From an uncultured Lachnospiraceae bacterium (GTDB lineage: Bacteria > Bacillota > Clostridia > Lachnospirales > Lachnospiraceae): a stretch of DNA of 64,000 bases. The notes beneath the pieces were generated by a model. The model did no database searches and had not been told where the DNA came from. It was given only the letters and a program-made list of their open reading frames with translations. The translations under genes were made by a program, and so were the position numbers. Positions 44,204-54,366 of the stretch are shown here, piece by piece. The stretch lies in contig CAYZUC010000003.1 in NCBI GenBank assembly GCA_964481705.1, positions 608 through 64,607 on the forward strand, in the 5' to 3' direction. The stretch's first letter is position 1, and the number at the start of each line of letters is the position of its first letter.

Positions 44204-45205
44204 CTATAAACCCTCCTTATTTTTACCATATCCTGCATGTACATCAGCAGGTATCTGATGTTTATCCCAGTATCTCTCCCAATATGGTCTATTCGCAGTA
44301 TACCTTAAAATACGTTTATGCGAAAGCCTTTTATATTGATAACCCAAACGATATCCAAAAAATTTGCAGGCGCTCTTCCATAACAGCGTAATGATCAGAA
44401 ACGGTTTCTTTACTTTCCATAGATAGCTGTAGGTCTCACGTACCAGTCGAATACCTTCACTCTTTGATGGTACATCCGCAAAAATCTCAGGATGGTCTGC
44501 CTGGGAAACACCAAGATCAAAGTTTCTCTTAAACTGCTGCTTCCCTGTATAGTTATGGGAATGAATGACTCTTGCTTTTGATGCATAATATATTTTCTTC
44601 CCATTCTGTATCGCATGAGCCGCAAAAATCATATCCTCATTGAAAATCGTGAAGTTAACAAAACCCCCAAGCTCATCAAACATATGACGCTTGTAAGCGG
44701 CACAAACATTAGAGCAAAAATAAGTCTTAATACCAAGTTTCGAAAGACTTGCCAACTCCTGTACCCGATCCCCAGCGGGATAATTGAATTCTCTGGTAAA
44801 GCGTTCGATTAACTGACAGTCTGTCGTGGGAAGCTGTCTTGCATACGTGACTGCTACCTCAGGATCTACCATTGGCTTAATGAGTTCCTCGACCAGATGC
44901 TCATCTTCAGGAACTGCATCCTGTGTCATAAAGATCACAATCTGAGCATTCGATCGTCTTATCGCCTCATTACGGGAACGTCCATGATTGAACTCACGCT
45001 TTGCAATATGAAAAACCTCTGCATTGACATGGTCCTCTTCGAAGCTTTTTCCATAGAATAATTGATTCCAATACTTCTCCTCTGTATTCACAATAATAAT
45101 CTTGTGGAGCGGAATTGTCTGGTGATTCAGCTTTTCCATAAGCTCAATGAACTTCTGTCCCGGTCTGTATGTCGGTATTACTACATCAATTTTTACCTGA
45201 CTCAT
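44204..45205 (-). CDS. Glycosyltransferase family 2 (rhamnosyltransferase-like)
   Basis: 333 aa with IDVVIPTYRPGQKF and FMTQDAVPED. Its stop lies 3 nt before the glmS ATG. Confidence 0.8.
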   Translation of the reverse strand: MSQVKIDVVIPTYRPGQKFIELMEKLNHQTIPLHKIIIVNTEEKYWNQLFYGKSFEEDHVNAEVFHIAKREFNHGRSRNEAIRRSNAQIVIFMTQDAVPEDEHLVEELIKPMVDPEVAVTYARQLPTTDCQLIERFTREFNYPAGDRVQELASLSKLGIKTYFCSNVCAAYKRHMFDELGGFVNFTIFNEDMIFAAHAIQNGKKIYYASKARVIHSHNYTGKQQFKRNFDLGVSQADHPEIFADVPSKSEGIRLVRETYSYLWKVKKPFLIITLLWKSACKFFGYRLGYQYKRLSHKRILRYTANRPYWERYWDKHQIPADVHAGYGKNKEGL

Positions 45206-45230
45206 CTATTGATATCCAAGCCTTTCTTTC

Positions 45231-45260
45231 CAAATAACAAGAGGGAGCCTCTGCTCCCTC
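45231..45260 (-). terminator. Terminator-like hairpin after the LCP gene
   Basis: An 8-bp GC-rich stem (GAGGGAGC at 45241-45248 with GCTCCCTC at 45253-45260) has a 4-nt loop. On the minus RNA it is followed by UUGUUAUUU. Confidence 0.5.
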
Positions 45261-45267
45261 ATATTTT

Positions 45268-46368
45268 CTAATTTCCCAGATAAGTAGCCTTATCGTTTGC
45301 TATCTTTTGACTGATCTCTGAAACGGTTGAGGTCGGTGAATAATCCGTTGCGCCAAACAAGAACTGATGCAGAGCTACTACATTGCTTGATAAATCAGTA
45401 GCAATAACAGAACTTCCTGCCTTACCCATATTTCCAGTAGCACGTTCCATGGGGAATCCGGTATTATCTACGATGGTAAAGCCGGCAGCCTTCGCCGCAT
45501 AAGCTGTCATGTCTGCTGTCGAAAAGCTGGTTTTAACTTTCGGGAATACCTGATCGATAATCTTATTCAAGGTTCCGATATCTGTTGATTTTACTTTCTT
45601 TCCTACTTCCATCAAAACGGTTCTCTGACGTTCTGCACGCTTGAAATCATCGCCCTTGGTATAACGGATACGGCAATACGCGGTCGCCTGCATACCACTC
45701 AGATTCTGTAATCCTGGAGAGGTAACCTTGACAAGCGTATCTCCTGTCTCTTCGCACATACAAATCTGATAGTTATTCAAATGCTCAATCTCATCCTGCT
45801 GTACATCGATTGGTACACCACCCAGCGCATCAATGGTATCTATGAGTGCTGTGAAATCAACAGTGACGTAATCCACAATATCGAGATCAAGGTTTGTATT
45901 CAGCATCTGGATGGCCTGCTCCGGACCTCCGGCAGCATAGGCTGCATTTGCTTTATTATATGTGTCATTACCAATATTCAGATACGTATCTCGGAATATG
46001 GAAGACAGCTTAATATCTCCGGTATCTTCATTTAAGCTGGCAATAATAATGGTATCCGTACGAGTACCCTTACCCAATGCCTTTTCACGAGAGTCTACAC
46101 CGAAGAGTGCAACATTCTTAAATCCCTTCATATGCCACTCATCACCGGCTTCTTCCTCTTTTTGCTTTAACTCATCATTAATCTCTATCTTATTAGCACC
46201 CTTATTAAATCCGGTATCTTTTTCAATCTTGTCTGATTGTACAACCCACCATAACACTCCCAGCATAACAACTAGCACTAAAATTTCCATAGTAAACAGG
46301 AAAATCCGCTTACGGCGTCTTGCTTTCGCTTTTCGCTTTTTTGCAGATGGTTTTCTACTGGTTGACAT
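45268..46368 (-). CDS. LytR-CpsA-Psr (LCP) family wall-polymer ligase
   Basis: It has a basic N-terminus, a TM helix and the LCP core RTDTIIIASLNEDTGDIKLSSIFRDTY. The ATG at 46368 has a TGGAGAA RBS; the track start is 46404. Confidence 0.85.
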   Translation of the reverse strand: MSTSRKPSAKKRKAKARRRKRIFLFTMEILVLVVMLGVLWWVVQSDKIEKDTGFNKGANKIEINDELKQKEEEAGDEWHMKGFKNVALFGVDSREKALGKGTRTDTIIIASLNEDTGDIKLSSIFRDTYLNIGNDTYNKANAAYAAGGPEQAIQMLNTNLDLDIVDYVTVDFTALIDTIDALGGVPIDVQQDEIEHLNNYQICMCEETGDTLVKVTSPGLQNLSGMQATAYCRIRYTKGDDFKRAERQRTVLMEVGKKVKSTDIGTLNKIIDQVFPKVKTSFSTADMTAYAAKAAGFTIVDNTGFPMERATGNMGKAGSSVIATDLSSNVVALHQFLFGATDYSPTSTVSEISQKIANDKATYLGN

Positions 46369-46450
46369 AATATATTCTCCATTCCGTAAGAAATTCGATA
46401 GCATACCTCGACAAATACTCGTAAATCATACTACGATTGGTCATTTTTTG

Positions 46451-47854
46451 TCAATAGGCGTTCTCATTAATCAAACCCTTGAAAATGGTCATGAACATAA
46501 TCTTAATATCGAAGTTCATCGTCCAATTCTCTATATAGTATAAATCATATTCCACCCTTTTATTTATGGAAGTATCTCCGCGAAGTCCATTGACCTGCGC
46601 CCATCCGGTCAAGCCCGGACGTACCTGATGTTTAATCATGTAGCGTGGGATCTCTTCTTTAAATTTCTCAACAAACATAGGTCTCTCCGGCCGTGGTCCT
46701 ACAATACTCATGTCACCGATAAAAATGTTAAAAAGCTGTGGGAGTTCATCCATACTCGTTTTCCTTAACAGTCTTCCTATCTTTGTCACACGGGGATCAT
46801 CCTTAACGGTCCATGCCTTCTCCTCATCAGATGGTTCCTGCATCTTCATTGTGCGAAACTTGTACATCTGGAAGGGTTTGTTATGGAGTCCGACTCTTTC
46901 TTGCTTGAAAATAATCGGTCCTTTGCTGGTAACACGAATTCCAATCGCAGAAATAAGCATTATAGGTGAGAAAATGACAATCATCACAAAGGAACCTATT
47001 ATATCCACAATCCTCTTCGCAAGCATATTTAACGTGTTCGTCAATGGTACGTGACGGATATTAATGATGGGAAGACCTTGAAGATCCTCCATATAAGGTT
47101 TACTCGGAATTACACGATTGTAGTCCGGAATAAACTTCGTATGTACGCCGGATTTTTCGCACAAATTCACAATCTCCTCCAAACGTCCGTACTCACCCAG
47201 ACTTAAGGTTATGGCAATTTCATCCAGCTTGTTCTCGGGTAATATAACTTCAAGATTCCCAATTTTACCAAGAACTTTGACACCTTTATACATGGTACCG
47301 GCTTCTACATGATCATCCAAAATGCCACGTACCACATAACCCCATTGAGGATTCAGCCGGATTCGATTGATATAGGCTTCTGCAGACTTGCTGTAGCCAA
47401 CCAAAACGACATATTTTACATTGAATCCCTTCTTGCGGAAAAAGCGAAGCAGATATCGAATGATATTTCTTACAAGCGTCTCCCCACAGATATTGACACA
47501 CCAGAAAATCACAATCATGGTACGCGAAAAATCCTGTTGTTTCAAAACAAACAGGGCAACTATGAAAAATACCAATCCTAAGGTATTTGCCTTCACAATA
47601 TTGAACAGCTCACGTTTTCTTCCGGATACGCGCTTACTGCTATACATGTCAAATTTGTAATACAGGATCAGATAGCCACTCACCAGAAAAGGCAATACCG
47701 ACATATACGTCGAAAATGGATGATGATAAATCAAATCATTCGTCCATGGACCCATAAATCGAATCACATACGCAAGCATGTAAGCGAGTATTACTACGAT
47801 TCCATCAATAACAACATGCAGTTCATTAAATAATCTCTGGTTATCCTTTATCAA
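46451..47854 (-). CDS. Undecaprenyl-phosphate sugar-1-phosphate transferase (WbaP/CpsE-type priming enzyme)
   Basis: 467 aa with an N-terminal TM bundle and the C-terminal bacterial sugar transferase domain (DELPQLFNIFIGDMSIVGPRPERP...RPGLTGWAQVNG). Confidence 0.9.
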   Translation of the reverse strand: MIKDNQRLFNELHVVIDGIVVILAYMLAYVIRFMGPWTNDLIYHHPFSTYMSVLPFLVSGYLILYYKFDMYSSKRVSGRKRELFNIVKANTLGLVFFIVALFVLKQQDFSRTMIVIFWCVNICGETLVRNIIRYLLRFFRKKGFNVKYVVLVGYSKSAEAYINRIRLNPQWGYVVRGILDDHVEAGTMYKGVKVLGKIGNLEVILPENKLDEIAITLSLGEYGRLEEIVNLCEKSGVHTKFIPDYNRVIPSKPYMEDLQGLPIINIRHVPLTNTLNMLAKRIVDIIGSFVMIVIFSPIMLISAIGIRVTSKGPIIFKQERVGLHNKPFQMYKFRTMKMQEPSDEEKAWTVKDDPRVTKIGRLLRKTSMDELPQLFNIFIGDMSIVGPRPERPMFVEKFKEEIPRYMIKHQVRPGLTGWAQVNGLRGDTSINKRVEYDLYYIENWTMNFDIKIMFMTIFKGLINENAY

Positions 47855-48816
47855 AAAATCACCTCCGCAAACCGCCGGATCATATTAACCCAAAGATCTA
47901 TCTGAATTCTGACGTAATTTTTCAGATTGCGATTTGAATATTCTAACTTTCGTCCCTTAAAGCATAATAAATATCCTCTGTAAATTCCGGACAGATACGC
48001 TCTTCCAAACCCCCTGAAGGTAAAGAATAACGCTTTTACGAGAAATCCCAGCAGTAAAAAGGGAAGGTTCAGGAGAATCTGCAGAATTGGCATATTCTTG
48101 TAGATGACATATATGTTATTTCTCGAAGACAGACGTATCTTGAATTCATTATAACGGGAACCCGAGTATCCACTGCCGACATGATAAACAATTGCATCTG
48201 GTGTATAGACATTCTTATATCCCAGAATCTTGGCGCGATAACCAATATCGAGATCCTCCAGATATGCAAAATGAAATTCATCAAAATAACCAATCTCATC
48301 CAAGATGCTCTTTCGGTAAATTGCTGCTCCTGCGCACGCCGAGAAAATTTCCGCCTTTCGAGGATAACAGGTACTCTTTTTCCCTTTTCCAATGGCAAAT
48401 CCCCAGCCCAACGCACAGTACAAATCTCCCACTCCATCAATCTGTTCGGGATGATTCATCTGCAGCATCTTGCCCTCCACAGAAAAGATCTCCTCATCCT
48501 CCTCAATGGCTTGCAGCATTGCAGACACAAACCCATCTGCCACCTCAGTATCGTTATTTAAAAGCAAAACATAAGGCGTCGAGGATGCTGTAATTCCTTC
48601 ATTCGCAGCTCTGGAAAATCCATAGTTTTCTATCAGTCGAATCAGCCTGACATGGGGAAACTGACGCTCCACCACCAAAGGACTTCCATCATCAGAACCA
48701 TTATCCACAACAATCGTCTCAAAATCCTGGAACGTCTGAGCCGCAAGTGATTTTAGGCACTTCTCAATATATTCAATTCCATTATAATTAGGTATTATGA
48801 CCGTAACCTGTGACAT
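47851..48816 (-). CDS. Glycosyltransferase family 2
   Basis: VTVIIPNYNG, VVDNGSDDGS and LLNNDTE. The ATG at 48816 has a GGGAGAA RBS. Confidence 0.9.
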   Translation of the reverse strand: MSQVTVIIPNYNGIEYIEKCLKSLAAQTFQDFETIVVDNGSDDGSPLVVERQFPHVRLIRLIENYGFSRAANEGITASSTPYVLLLNNDTEVADGFVSAMLQAIEEDEEIFSVEGKMLQMNHPEQIDGVGDLYCALGWGFAIGKGKKSTCYPRKAEIFSACAGAAIYRKSILDEIGYFDEFHFAYLEDLDIGYRAKILGYKNVYTPDAIVYHVGSGYSGSRYNEFKIRLSSRNNIYVIYKNMPILQILLNLPFLLLGFLVKALFFTFRGFGRAYLSGIYRGYLLCFKGRKLEYSNRNLKNYVRIQIDLWVNMIRRFAEVIF

Positions 48817-48835
48817 ACATTCTCCCGGCATCTAT

Positions 48836-50164
48836 TTATTTCATGCGAAACTGAACCTTGGGATCCAGTACTACCAAATATCCTTCCCGTCGTATCTTTT
48901 CGCATAATTGGTAAGATTTCATTTCTCCAGCAAATTTTGCAAATTCACTTCGAATCGCGATGGCATGACGAGATACTGCCTCCACATCACGCTGTAGACA
49001 AAGTCTATGCATATAACCGGAATCATGTCGATTTCTTCCGGCATTCACTGCCTGAATCGAATCATCAGGAAGCTTATGATAACCATCGCTTAAGACCTTT
49101 CCATTTCTCCCGATCATCCTGCCACCGACTGCTCCTACCTCGGGGCGACAGAAATAGGCACCCAAATATCTTTCTTCCTGTTCTGAAATTGGTCTGATCT
49201 TGTCATCTACTATCATAACATAATTCTCATGATTCGTATTCTTATATTCTATCCGATAGAAACCCAGATGGCTGGTAGTCAGAACCGTCCCCTCCAGTCC
49301 TCTGCGACTCAGATAGTCCTCAAGGACGTGTACTCCGGACTCATATGCATAGCTTTTGCTATCCGGATTCTCAGCAGTAGAGGCCTCATGTGCTCTCCAA
49401 TGATACAATACCTTTGGAATATGCACAATTCGTTCTGCACTGCTCTTTTCCACACATCTGAGAATAAAATCGTAATCCTGTGCACCATCATACTTTCTTC
49501 GAAATCCGCCTACCATACGGGCAATCTCAGATTTCACTACAAATAAGTGGCATATATAATTATTTGACAAAAACAGGTCCAGATTAAATTTCTCTTTATA
49601 GTGTGGTGTATGAAAAATGGTGCCTGTTTCATCGGTCTTGTCTTCATCTGTGTAAAAAAGATCCGCAATTCCATCTATCCTTCGATACACCTGATACAGG
49701 GCATCTGGCTCCAGAAAATCATCATGATCCAGAAATGCCAGATACTCGCCGGTCGCCATTCGAATCGCTGCATTTGTGTTCTCAGATATTCCGCCATTAT
49801 CCTTCAAATGCTCATAACGAATCCTGTTGTCAAGATCCATATACTCGCTGACAATCCGCTCCACCTCATCACTCGCACTGCCGTCCGCAATACAAAGCTC
49901 CAGTGCATCATAGCTCTGAGCAAGTACCGATTCTATCATGACCCGCAAATACTCCTCCGGTGTCTCATATACAGGTACAATCACACTTATGACTGCTCCC
50001 GGGACAAAATCCGGCTTTGGAATCTCAGGTACAGGCTTCTCATACTCTGTTTGATGCATTTTTTGCAGAAAACGCTCGCGAGCCTGATAAAAGGTCTCTC
50101 GCAGTCCATTTCTTTTACCGTATGAAATTCCTTTTCTAATATCAGATTTTATACTCATCCACAA
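48836..50164 (-). CDS. Glycosyltransferase family 2
   Basis: 442 aa with ISVIVPVYETPEEYL, CIADGSASD and FLDHDDFL. Confidence 0.85.
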   Translation of the reverse strand: MWMSIKSDIRKGISYGKRNGLRETFYQARERFLQKMHQTEYEKPVPEIPKPDFVPGAVISVIVPVYETPEEYLRVMIESVLAQSYDALELCIADGSASDEVERIVSEYMDLDNRIRYEHLKDNGGISENTNAAIRMATGEYLAFLDHDDFLEPDALYQVYRRIDGIADLFYTDEDKTDETGTIFHTPHYKEKFNLDLFLSNNYICHLFVVKSEIARMVGGFRRKYDGAQDYDFILRCVEKSSAERIVHIPKVLYHWRAHEASTAENPDSKSYAYESGVHVLEDYLSRRGLEGTVLTTSHLGFYRIEYKNTNHENYVMIVDDKIRPISEQEERYLGAYFCRPEVGAVGGRMIGRNGKVLSDGYHKLPDDSIQAVNAGRNRHDSGYMHRLCLQRDVEAVSRHAIAIRSEFAKFAGEMKSYQLCEKIRREGYLVVLDPKVQFRMK

Positions 50165-50888
50165 ATACCTTTAACTCCTCCGGAGTCCCCAATACATGAA
50201 CCTTTTCACAATCGACATCGGTAATGCGTACCTTACCGCCCTTTTCAATCAGATATTGATACATAGGGGCTATGTAACGTTCCTTTTTTTCCGCTTCGGA
50301 AGCTTCGGAACGATTTCCCTTCTCTTCTTCATAAAACTCACGATACAACTCCTCATATAAGCGGGCGGTTCGGAAGTAATATGCTCCTAGCGTACAATGA
50401 TCCGAGATCCTCTCTTTCTCTTTCACCAAGACAGCATCTCCATCGTCGTCTGTCTGTACAAAGCTCCAATGATCCCCCTCGGCACAGAAACAAGGAATAA
50501 ATCCATCACCTTCTATCTGACTCTCATTCATCTCTCCTGCCTCTACAAAGGTGTCAATATTGTAAATCAGCAGGCTATCGTCAGAATCCCAATCCTCCGA
50601 TGCCAGCATGGCTGTTGTCGCCTGTCCGTCTGTCATATGATCCAGCTCGATCACCTGTACCTTGTGAATACCTATCTTTTCACATGTGGTCTCAATAAAA
50701 TCGACCGCATGATCCTCTTTTCGCACAATGAAATAACTTCTGTTATCATCATCATAAAACCCTGCCAGACTCTCCATGGACCATTCAAACAACGACTTCC
50801 CATGAGCTTCGATCATGTATTTTGGAACACGATATCCTGCATCCCGAAAGCGCTTCCCCAAACCTGCCATTGTAATAACTATATTCAT
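50142..50888 (-). CDS. Nucleotidyltransferase-fold protein (sugar- or alcohol-phosphate nucleotidyltransferase-like)
   Basis: 248 aa. The N-terminal MNIVITMAGLGKRF is a glycine-rich loop analogous to the GxGxR(F/L) motif of NTP-transferases. Confidence 0.6.
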   Translation of the reverse strand: MNIVITMAGLGKRFRDAGYRVPKYMIEAHGKSLFEWSMESLAGFYDDDNRSYFIVRKEDHAVDFIETTCEKIGIHKVQVIELDHMTDGQATTAMLASEDWDSDDSLLIYNIDTFVEAGEMNESQIEGDGFIPCFCAEGDHWSFVQTDDDGDAVLVKEKERISDHCTLGAYYFRTARLYEELYREFYEEEKGNRSEASEAEKKERYIAPMYQYLIEKGGKVRITDVDCEKVHVLGTPEELKVFVDEYKI

Positions 50889-50903
50889 AATTTGAGCTAC
50901 TCC

Positions 50904-51302
50904 TTAACTATCGCATCTGCTTTTTCTGCAGATCTCATTCATCTCTTCCACATTGCATTGTAAAAATTCATCCGGCCGTACGGTTCTGTCATCTACGTAG
51001 AATCCGTGATGTCCGGGCCAGGGCTTTCCATAGACAATCTCGTCATATGGAATCTCCCATTTATCGAGCCATTCCAGCAGGACCTTTGCCGTAATGGCAT
51101 TGATTTTTCCTATATTGCCATTGTAAGAATTCATGTTTCGTGAAGTGAGCAGTACGATTTTTGCACCTGCTTCTTTGTATTCCCGTATCCGGTCAACCAT
51201 CTCCGGATAGGGTATCAGGTCTTCGTATCTCTCGTCCTTCTTCTTAATCGGGCACAAGGTACCATCAATATCAAAAATAAAGCATAATTCCTGTTCCTGC
51301 AT
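50904..51302 (-). CDS. Small HAD-superfamily phosphatase-like protein
   Basis: 132 aa with HAD motif I FIFDIDGTLC, motif II-like LLTSRN and a late acidic motif YVDD. Confidence 0.65.
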   Translation of the reverse strand: MQEQELCFIFDIDGTLCPIKKKDERYEDLIPYPEMVDRIREYKEAGAKIVLLTSRNMNSYNGNIGKINAITAKVLLEWLDKWEIPYDEIVYGKPWPGHHGFYVDDRTVRPDEFLQCNVEEMNEICRKSRCDS

Positions 51303-52714
51303 TATTTTAGTTCCTCCATAATGTGTATTGCATTTAGTATAAAGCCGAATACCTTCTGCACACGATCCATGTGTAAGGGCAGCATGGAAAGAAACAGCGA
51401 TGCTTCCAATAACCGCACCATAGCAAAATCATAATCCTGTGCTTCCAGATACCTGCGAAATGTTTTCTGGTATTCCATACGATCCGAATCAATAGATAAT
51501 GCAAATCTCATATCTGTATTGAGACATATCTCATAGAGACCACTATTCAAAAAATCGTAACCCCCACAGATGGAATGGGAGAGCTTCGCCAAATCATAAT
51601 AGGGATCTGTATACAGTCCTTCCTCTGTCTGGCAGCCTTTGGGGTCAATCAAGCGAAGAATCTGTGCATCCTTTTGATAGAGAATATTGGAGAAGCAAAG
51701 ATCTCCATGACTGATGACCGCACGGGGAATCCATTTTTTCCTGGCTGTCATGGATAAGTATAAGCTTTTGTATTCCTCTACGATGGCAGGCAGATTCGGA
51801 TAACCGGTTCCTGTTTCAATTAATTGGTTCAGCTGTTCATATCCACTCATATGAGTCAGCTCTTCTACGCGCTTTTCAACCTTTTGAATATAGAGACGTT
51901 CCATGGTAGCAGTATACTCTTCCATGGAAATTTTCTTTTCCTTTCGTGTGGACAGGAAACGAAACAAATCCTTTAAAATCCCTTCAAACTCCGGAATGGA
52001 AATAGCTCCATGTACATATCGGATGGCAAGGTCTGTCATATGATACCGTTCCATGCGATAGGATGCTTTTTCGGCATTCTCTTCGTATTGAAATGGCATA
52101 ACGAACCACATCTTCATAGCTTCCGGTAATAAGTAATAAAATTGGTACTCCGCTTTCAGCTTTTCCTTATTGGTTGAGCTCTTGGTGACTGTATACTCAT
52201 CACCTTCCAAAGCATTGAAAAATCTGGCATCAAATCCACTTGTGATATACTTCATGAATTCTTCCGGCACAGACAAATCCACAAAAGCTTCCGATGGAAG
52301 TACCTCGAAGGACCTCATGCTGTCTGCAAGCGCCTCCGGATCCTTTCCTGCTTCCAGTATATCTAAATACGAATCCACATCATGGAAAACAGCGAATGCA
52401 GGTTGTTGGTTGCATAATACGATATAATTCTGTCGCACAAAGGGAAGCTTATTATATAAAATCTCCCATTCCTCCTGCGAACAAATTGCATAATTGGAAA
52501 ACATATGGCAGATTACAGAATCCTTTAACTCCATGTTACCATCATATAGCACATCTCCACAATATTTCAAGAGACCGGGTATTCTGTTACTCATCACGTC
52601 AAAAAGAGTTCTACGTTTTACAATCGTCTCTCCATAGCTCTTATCTCCGGTTATACTCCGAATCCTGCGATTTGGTTTTCTTCTGTCATCATAAATCACA
52701 ATTACATTTTTCAT
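51302..52714 (-). CDS. Two-domain protein with a C-terminal APH/choline-kinase-like phosphotransferase domain
   Basis: 470 aa. The Brenner-type motif ISHGDLCFSNILY is followed by RLIDPKG. I cannot assign the N-terminal roughly 200 aa to a family. Confidence 0.6.
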   Translation of the reverse strand: MKNVIVIYDDRRKPNRRIRSITGDKSYGETIVKRRTLFDVMSNRIPGLLKYCGDVLYDGNMELKDSVICHMFSNYAICSQEEWEILYNKLPFVRQNYIVLCNQQPAFAVFHDVDSYLDILEAGKDPEALADSMRSFEVLPSEAFVDLSVPEEFMKYITSGFDARFFNALEGDEYTVTKSSTNKEKLKAEYQFYYLLPEAMKMWFVMPFQYEENAEKASYRMERYHMTDLAIRYVHGAISIPEFEGILKDLFRFLSTRKEKKISMEEYTATMERLYIQKVEKRVEELTHMSGYEQLNQLIETGTGYPNLPAIVEEYKSLYLSMTARKKWIPRAVISHGDLCFSNILYQKDAQILRLIDPKGCQTEEGLYTDPYYDLAKLSHSICGGYDFLNSGLYEICLNTDMRFALSIDSDRMEYQKTFRRYLEAQDYDFAMVRLLEASLFLSMLPLHMDRVQKVFGFILNAIHIMEELK

Positions 52715-52717
52715 ATA

Positions 52718-53500
52718 CTAATCTCCATTCCGAAGTGCGCTTTTCTTCTCTTTTCGGAAGAACAGATATCCAATCAATGTTGCAGTCCCGATAATTGATG
52801 CACCAATCCATGTATAATAATTTAGGATAGCACTGTTACCCGATAGAAAGATTGCTGAAAAATATGCAGATACCTGTCGTAATCCAAAATGGAAGGGAAT
52901 AACACCTGCTAAAAGATACAAGGCCAGTATCTCAAATCCCCATCCGAGAAAAGAAAACAAAGCAATAAGAGGACTGCGTCCTTTCACCAATTCACATACG
53001 TATTGGAACCAGTCATTCATACGGTCCAGTATACGCAGACAGAACAAAGCACGATTGGACTTCTTATGCTTAATGATATATTGGTTCAAATAACAGTATA
53101 CCGGTTCAAACATAAGATAAAGCCACCATAGGATAACAAGCAGAACCACCATTCCCATTGCTGTCATTGACAGTTTATGGTCAAAAAACAACTGTAGCGG
53201 CACCAAAATCAGCAAAAGTGCCGCTGTATCATAGAAACGGTCTGTGATTACACTCATTACACCAATGGGAAATCTGCCTGTCTCGCGTCCCAGACAATAC
53301 ACTCTATAGATTTCTCCCAGCTTAAATGGAATCAGCAAGTTCACAAACGTTGTCTTCAAATAAATCAGCACAAATCGTCGAAATGAAATATTCTGTTCCA
53401 TCAGTACCAGATAAAGACGAATCATTTTGAACAGATGTACCAGAACAAACGCCAAGAAAAACATTGGTATCAACATCCACTCTCTCATATCTTTCCCCAT
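52718..53500 (-). CDS. Flippase-like (lysyl-PG synthase TM-region/UPF0104-like) membrane protein
   Basis: 260 aa, polytopic. Its FVNLLIPFKLGEIYRVYCL style resembles flippase-like domain proteins that are usually paired with a polyprenyl-phosphate GT2. Confidence 0.55.
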   Translation of the reverse strand: MGKDMREWMLIPMFFLAFVLVHLFKMIRLYLVLMEQNISFRRFVLIYLKTTFVNLLIPFKLGEIYRVYCLGRETGRFPIGVMSVITDRFYDTAALLLILVPLQLFFDHKLSMTAMGMVVLLVILWWLYLMFEPVYCYLNQYIIKHKKSNRALFCLRILDRMNDWFQYVCELVKGRSPLIALFSFLGWGFEILALYLLAGVIPFHFGLRQVSAYFSAIFLSGNSAILNYYTWIGASIIGTATLIGYLFFRKEKKSALRNGD

Positions 53501-53546
53501 TCCTGAGCACCTTTGTACCTATCCGATTCCCGAAAACGCAAATCGT

Positions 53547-54326
53547 CTATACAACATCTGCCCCATACTTCTCAATTTCTTTTTGACGGTAGTCACCTCG
53601 AATCGTGTCTTTATCCATAAGGTAGCTCCACAGCATTTTTAAAACAGTAGAGGCCTGGCTGACCATTTTCACATTTGAGACCTGATCCGTCTCTCGCCAG
53701 GATATCGGATAAAACCTCACTCTGTGTCCATAATACTCCGTGGCCATCATCATGCAGTAATTAAACATTAGATTATCCGGAAACTTTTCATAGAATTTAG
53801 TTCGAAGCATCGAAGTTTTATATAGATTAAGGCCCGAGCCCAAGTCAAAAACACGTATTCTCAAGACAATTGCAAAGAGAAAATCATATACAATGTTTCC
53901 AAAGGTGCGGAAGAGTGAATATCCCTCCAACCTGGAACCCGGCATAAAACGAGCACCTAGTATACAATCATAACGCTCCGGAATACCCTTTCGGAAGATT
54001 GGGAGGAAATCACGAATACAGCCTTGATCATCTCCGTGAAGGACACATACTGCGTCAAAATTATGTTTGCAGGCATAGGAAAAAGCAACCTTATGAGAAC
54101 CGCCAAGACCATAATTCTCCTGATTTCTGAGAATCGTAAGCGGAAGGCGGGGATGGTCCATCTGATATCTGCGAACTGCCTCCTCCGTACCATCCGTACT
54201 TTGATTATTCACTACAATGACCTCTGTAAGATATTGCATTACATCATCATCCAATTGGTTCAGTACGCGTATAATCTGCTTCTCACAATTATAGGCTGGT
54301 ATAAATAACAGTATTCTCTCTTTCAA
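53547..54326 (-). CDS. Glycosyltransferase family 2 (polyprenyl-phosphate glycosyltransferase-like)
   Basis: 259 aa with LLFIPAYNCEKQI, VVNNQSTDGT and LHGDDQ. Confidence 0.75.
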   Translation of the reverse strand: MKERILLFIPAYNCEKQIIRVLNQLDDDVMQYLTEVIVVNNQSTDGTEEAVRRYQMDHPRLPLTILRNQENYGLGGSHKVAFSYACKHNFDAVCVLHGDDQGCIRDFLPIFRKGIPERYDCILGARFMPGSRLEGYSLFRTFGNIVYDFLFAIVLRIRVFDLGSGLNLYKTSMLRTKFYEKFPDNLMFNYCMMMATEYYGHRVRFYPISWRETDQVSNVKMVSQASTVLKMLWSYLMDKDTIRGDYRQKEIEKYGADVV

Positions 54327-54366
54327 TAGGTTGCCTCCTCGATTTAACGACAGTATTTTACCAAAA

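Noticed and set aside
44201-44300. The expected glmS ribozyme upstream of glmS.
   Set aside because: Only 3 nt separate glmS from the upstream GT2 stop codon, and the upstream sequence is ordinary coding sequence. This is reported as an absence in the findings, not as a feature.
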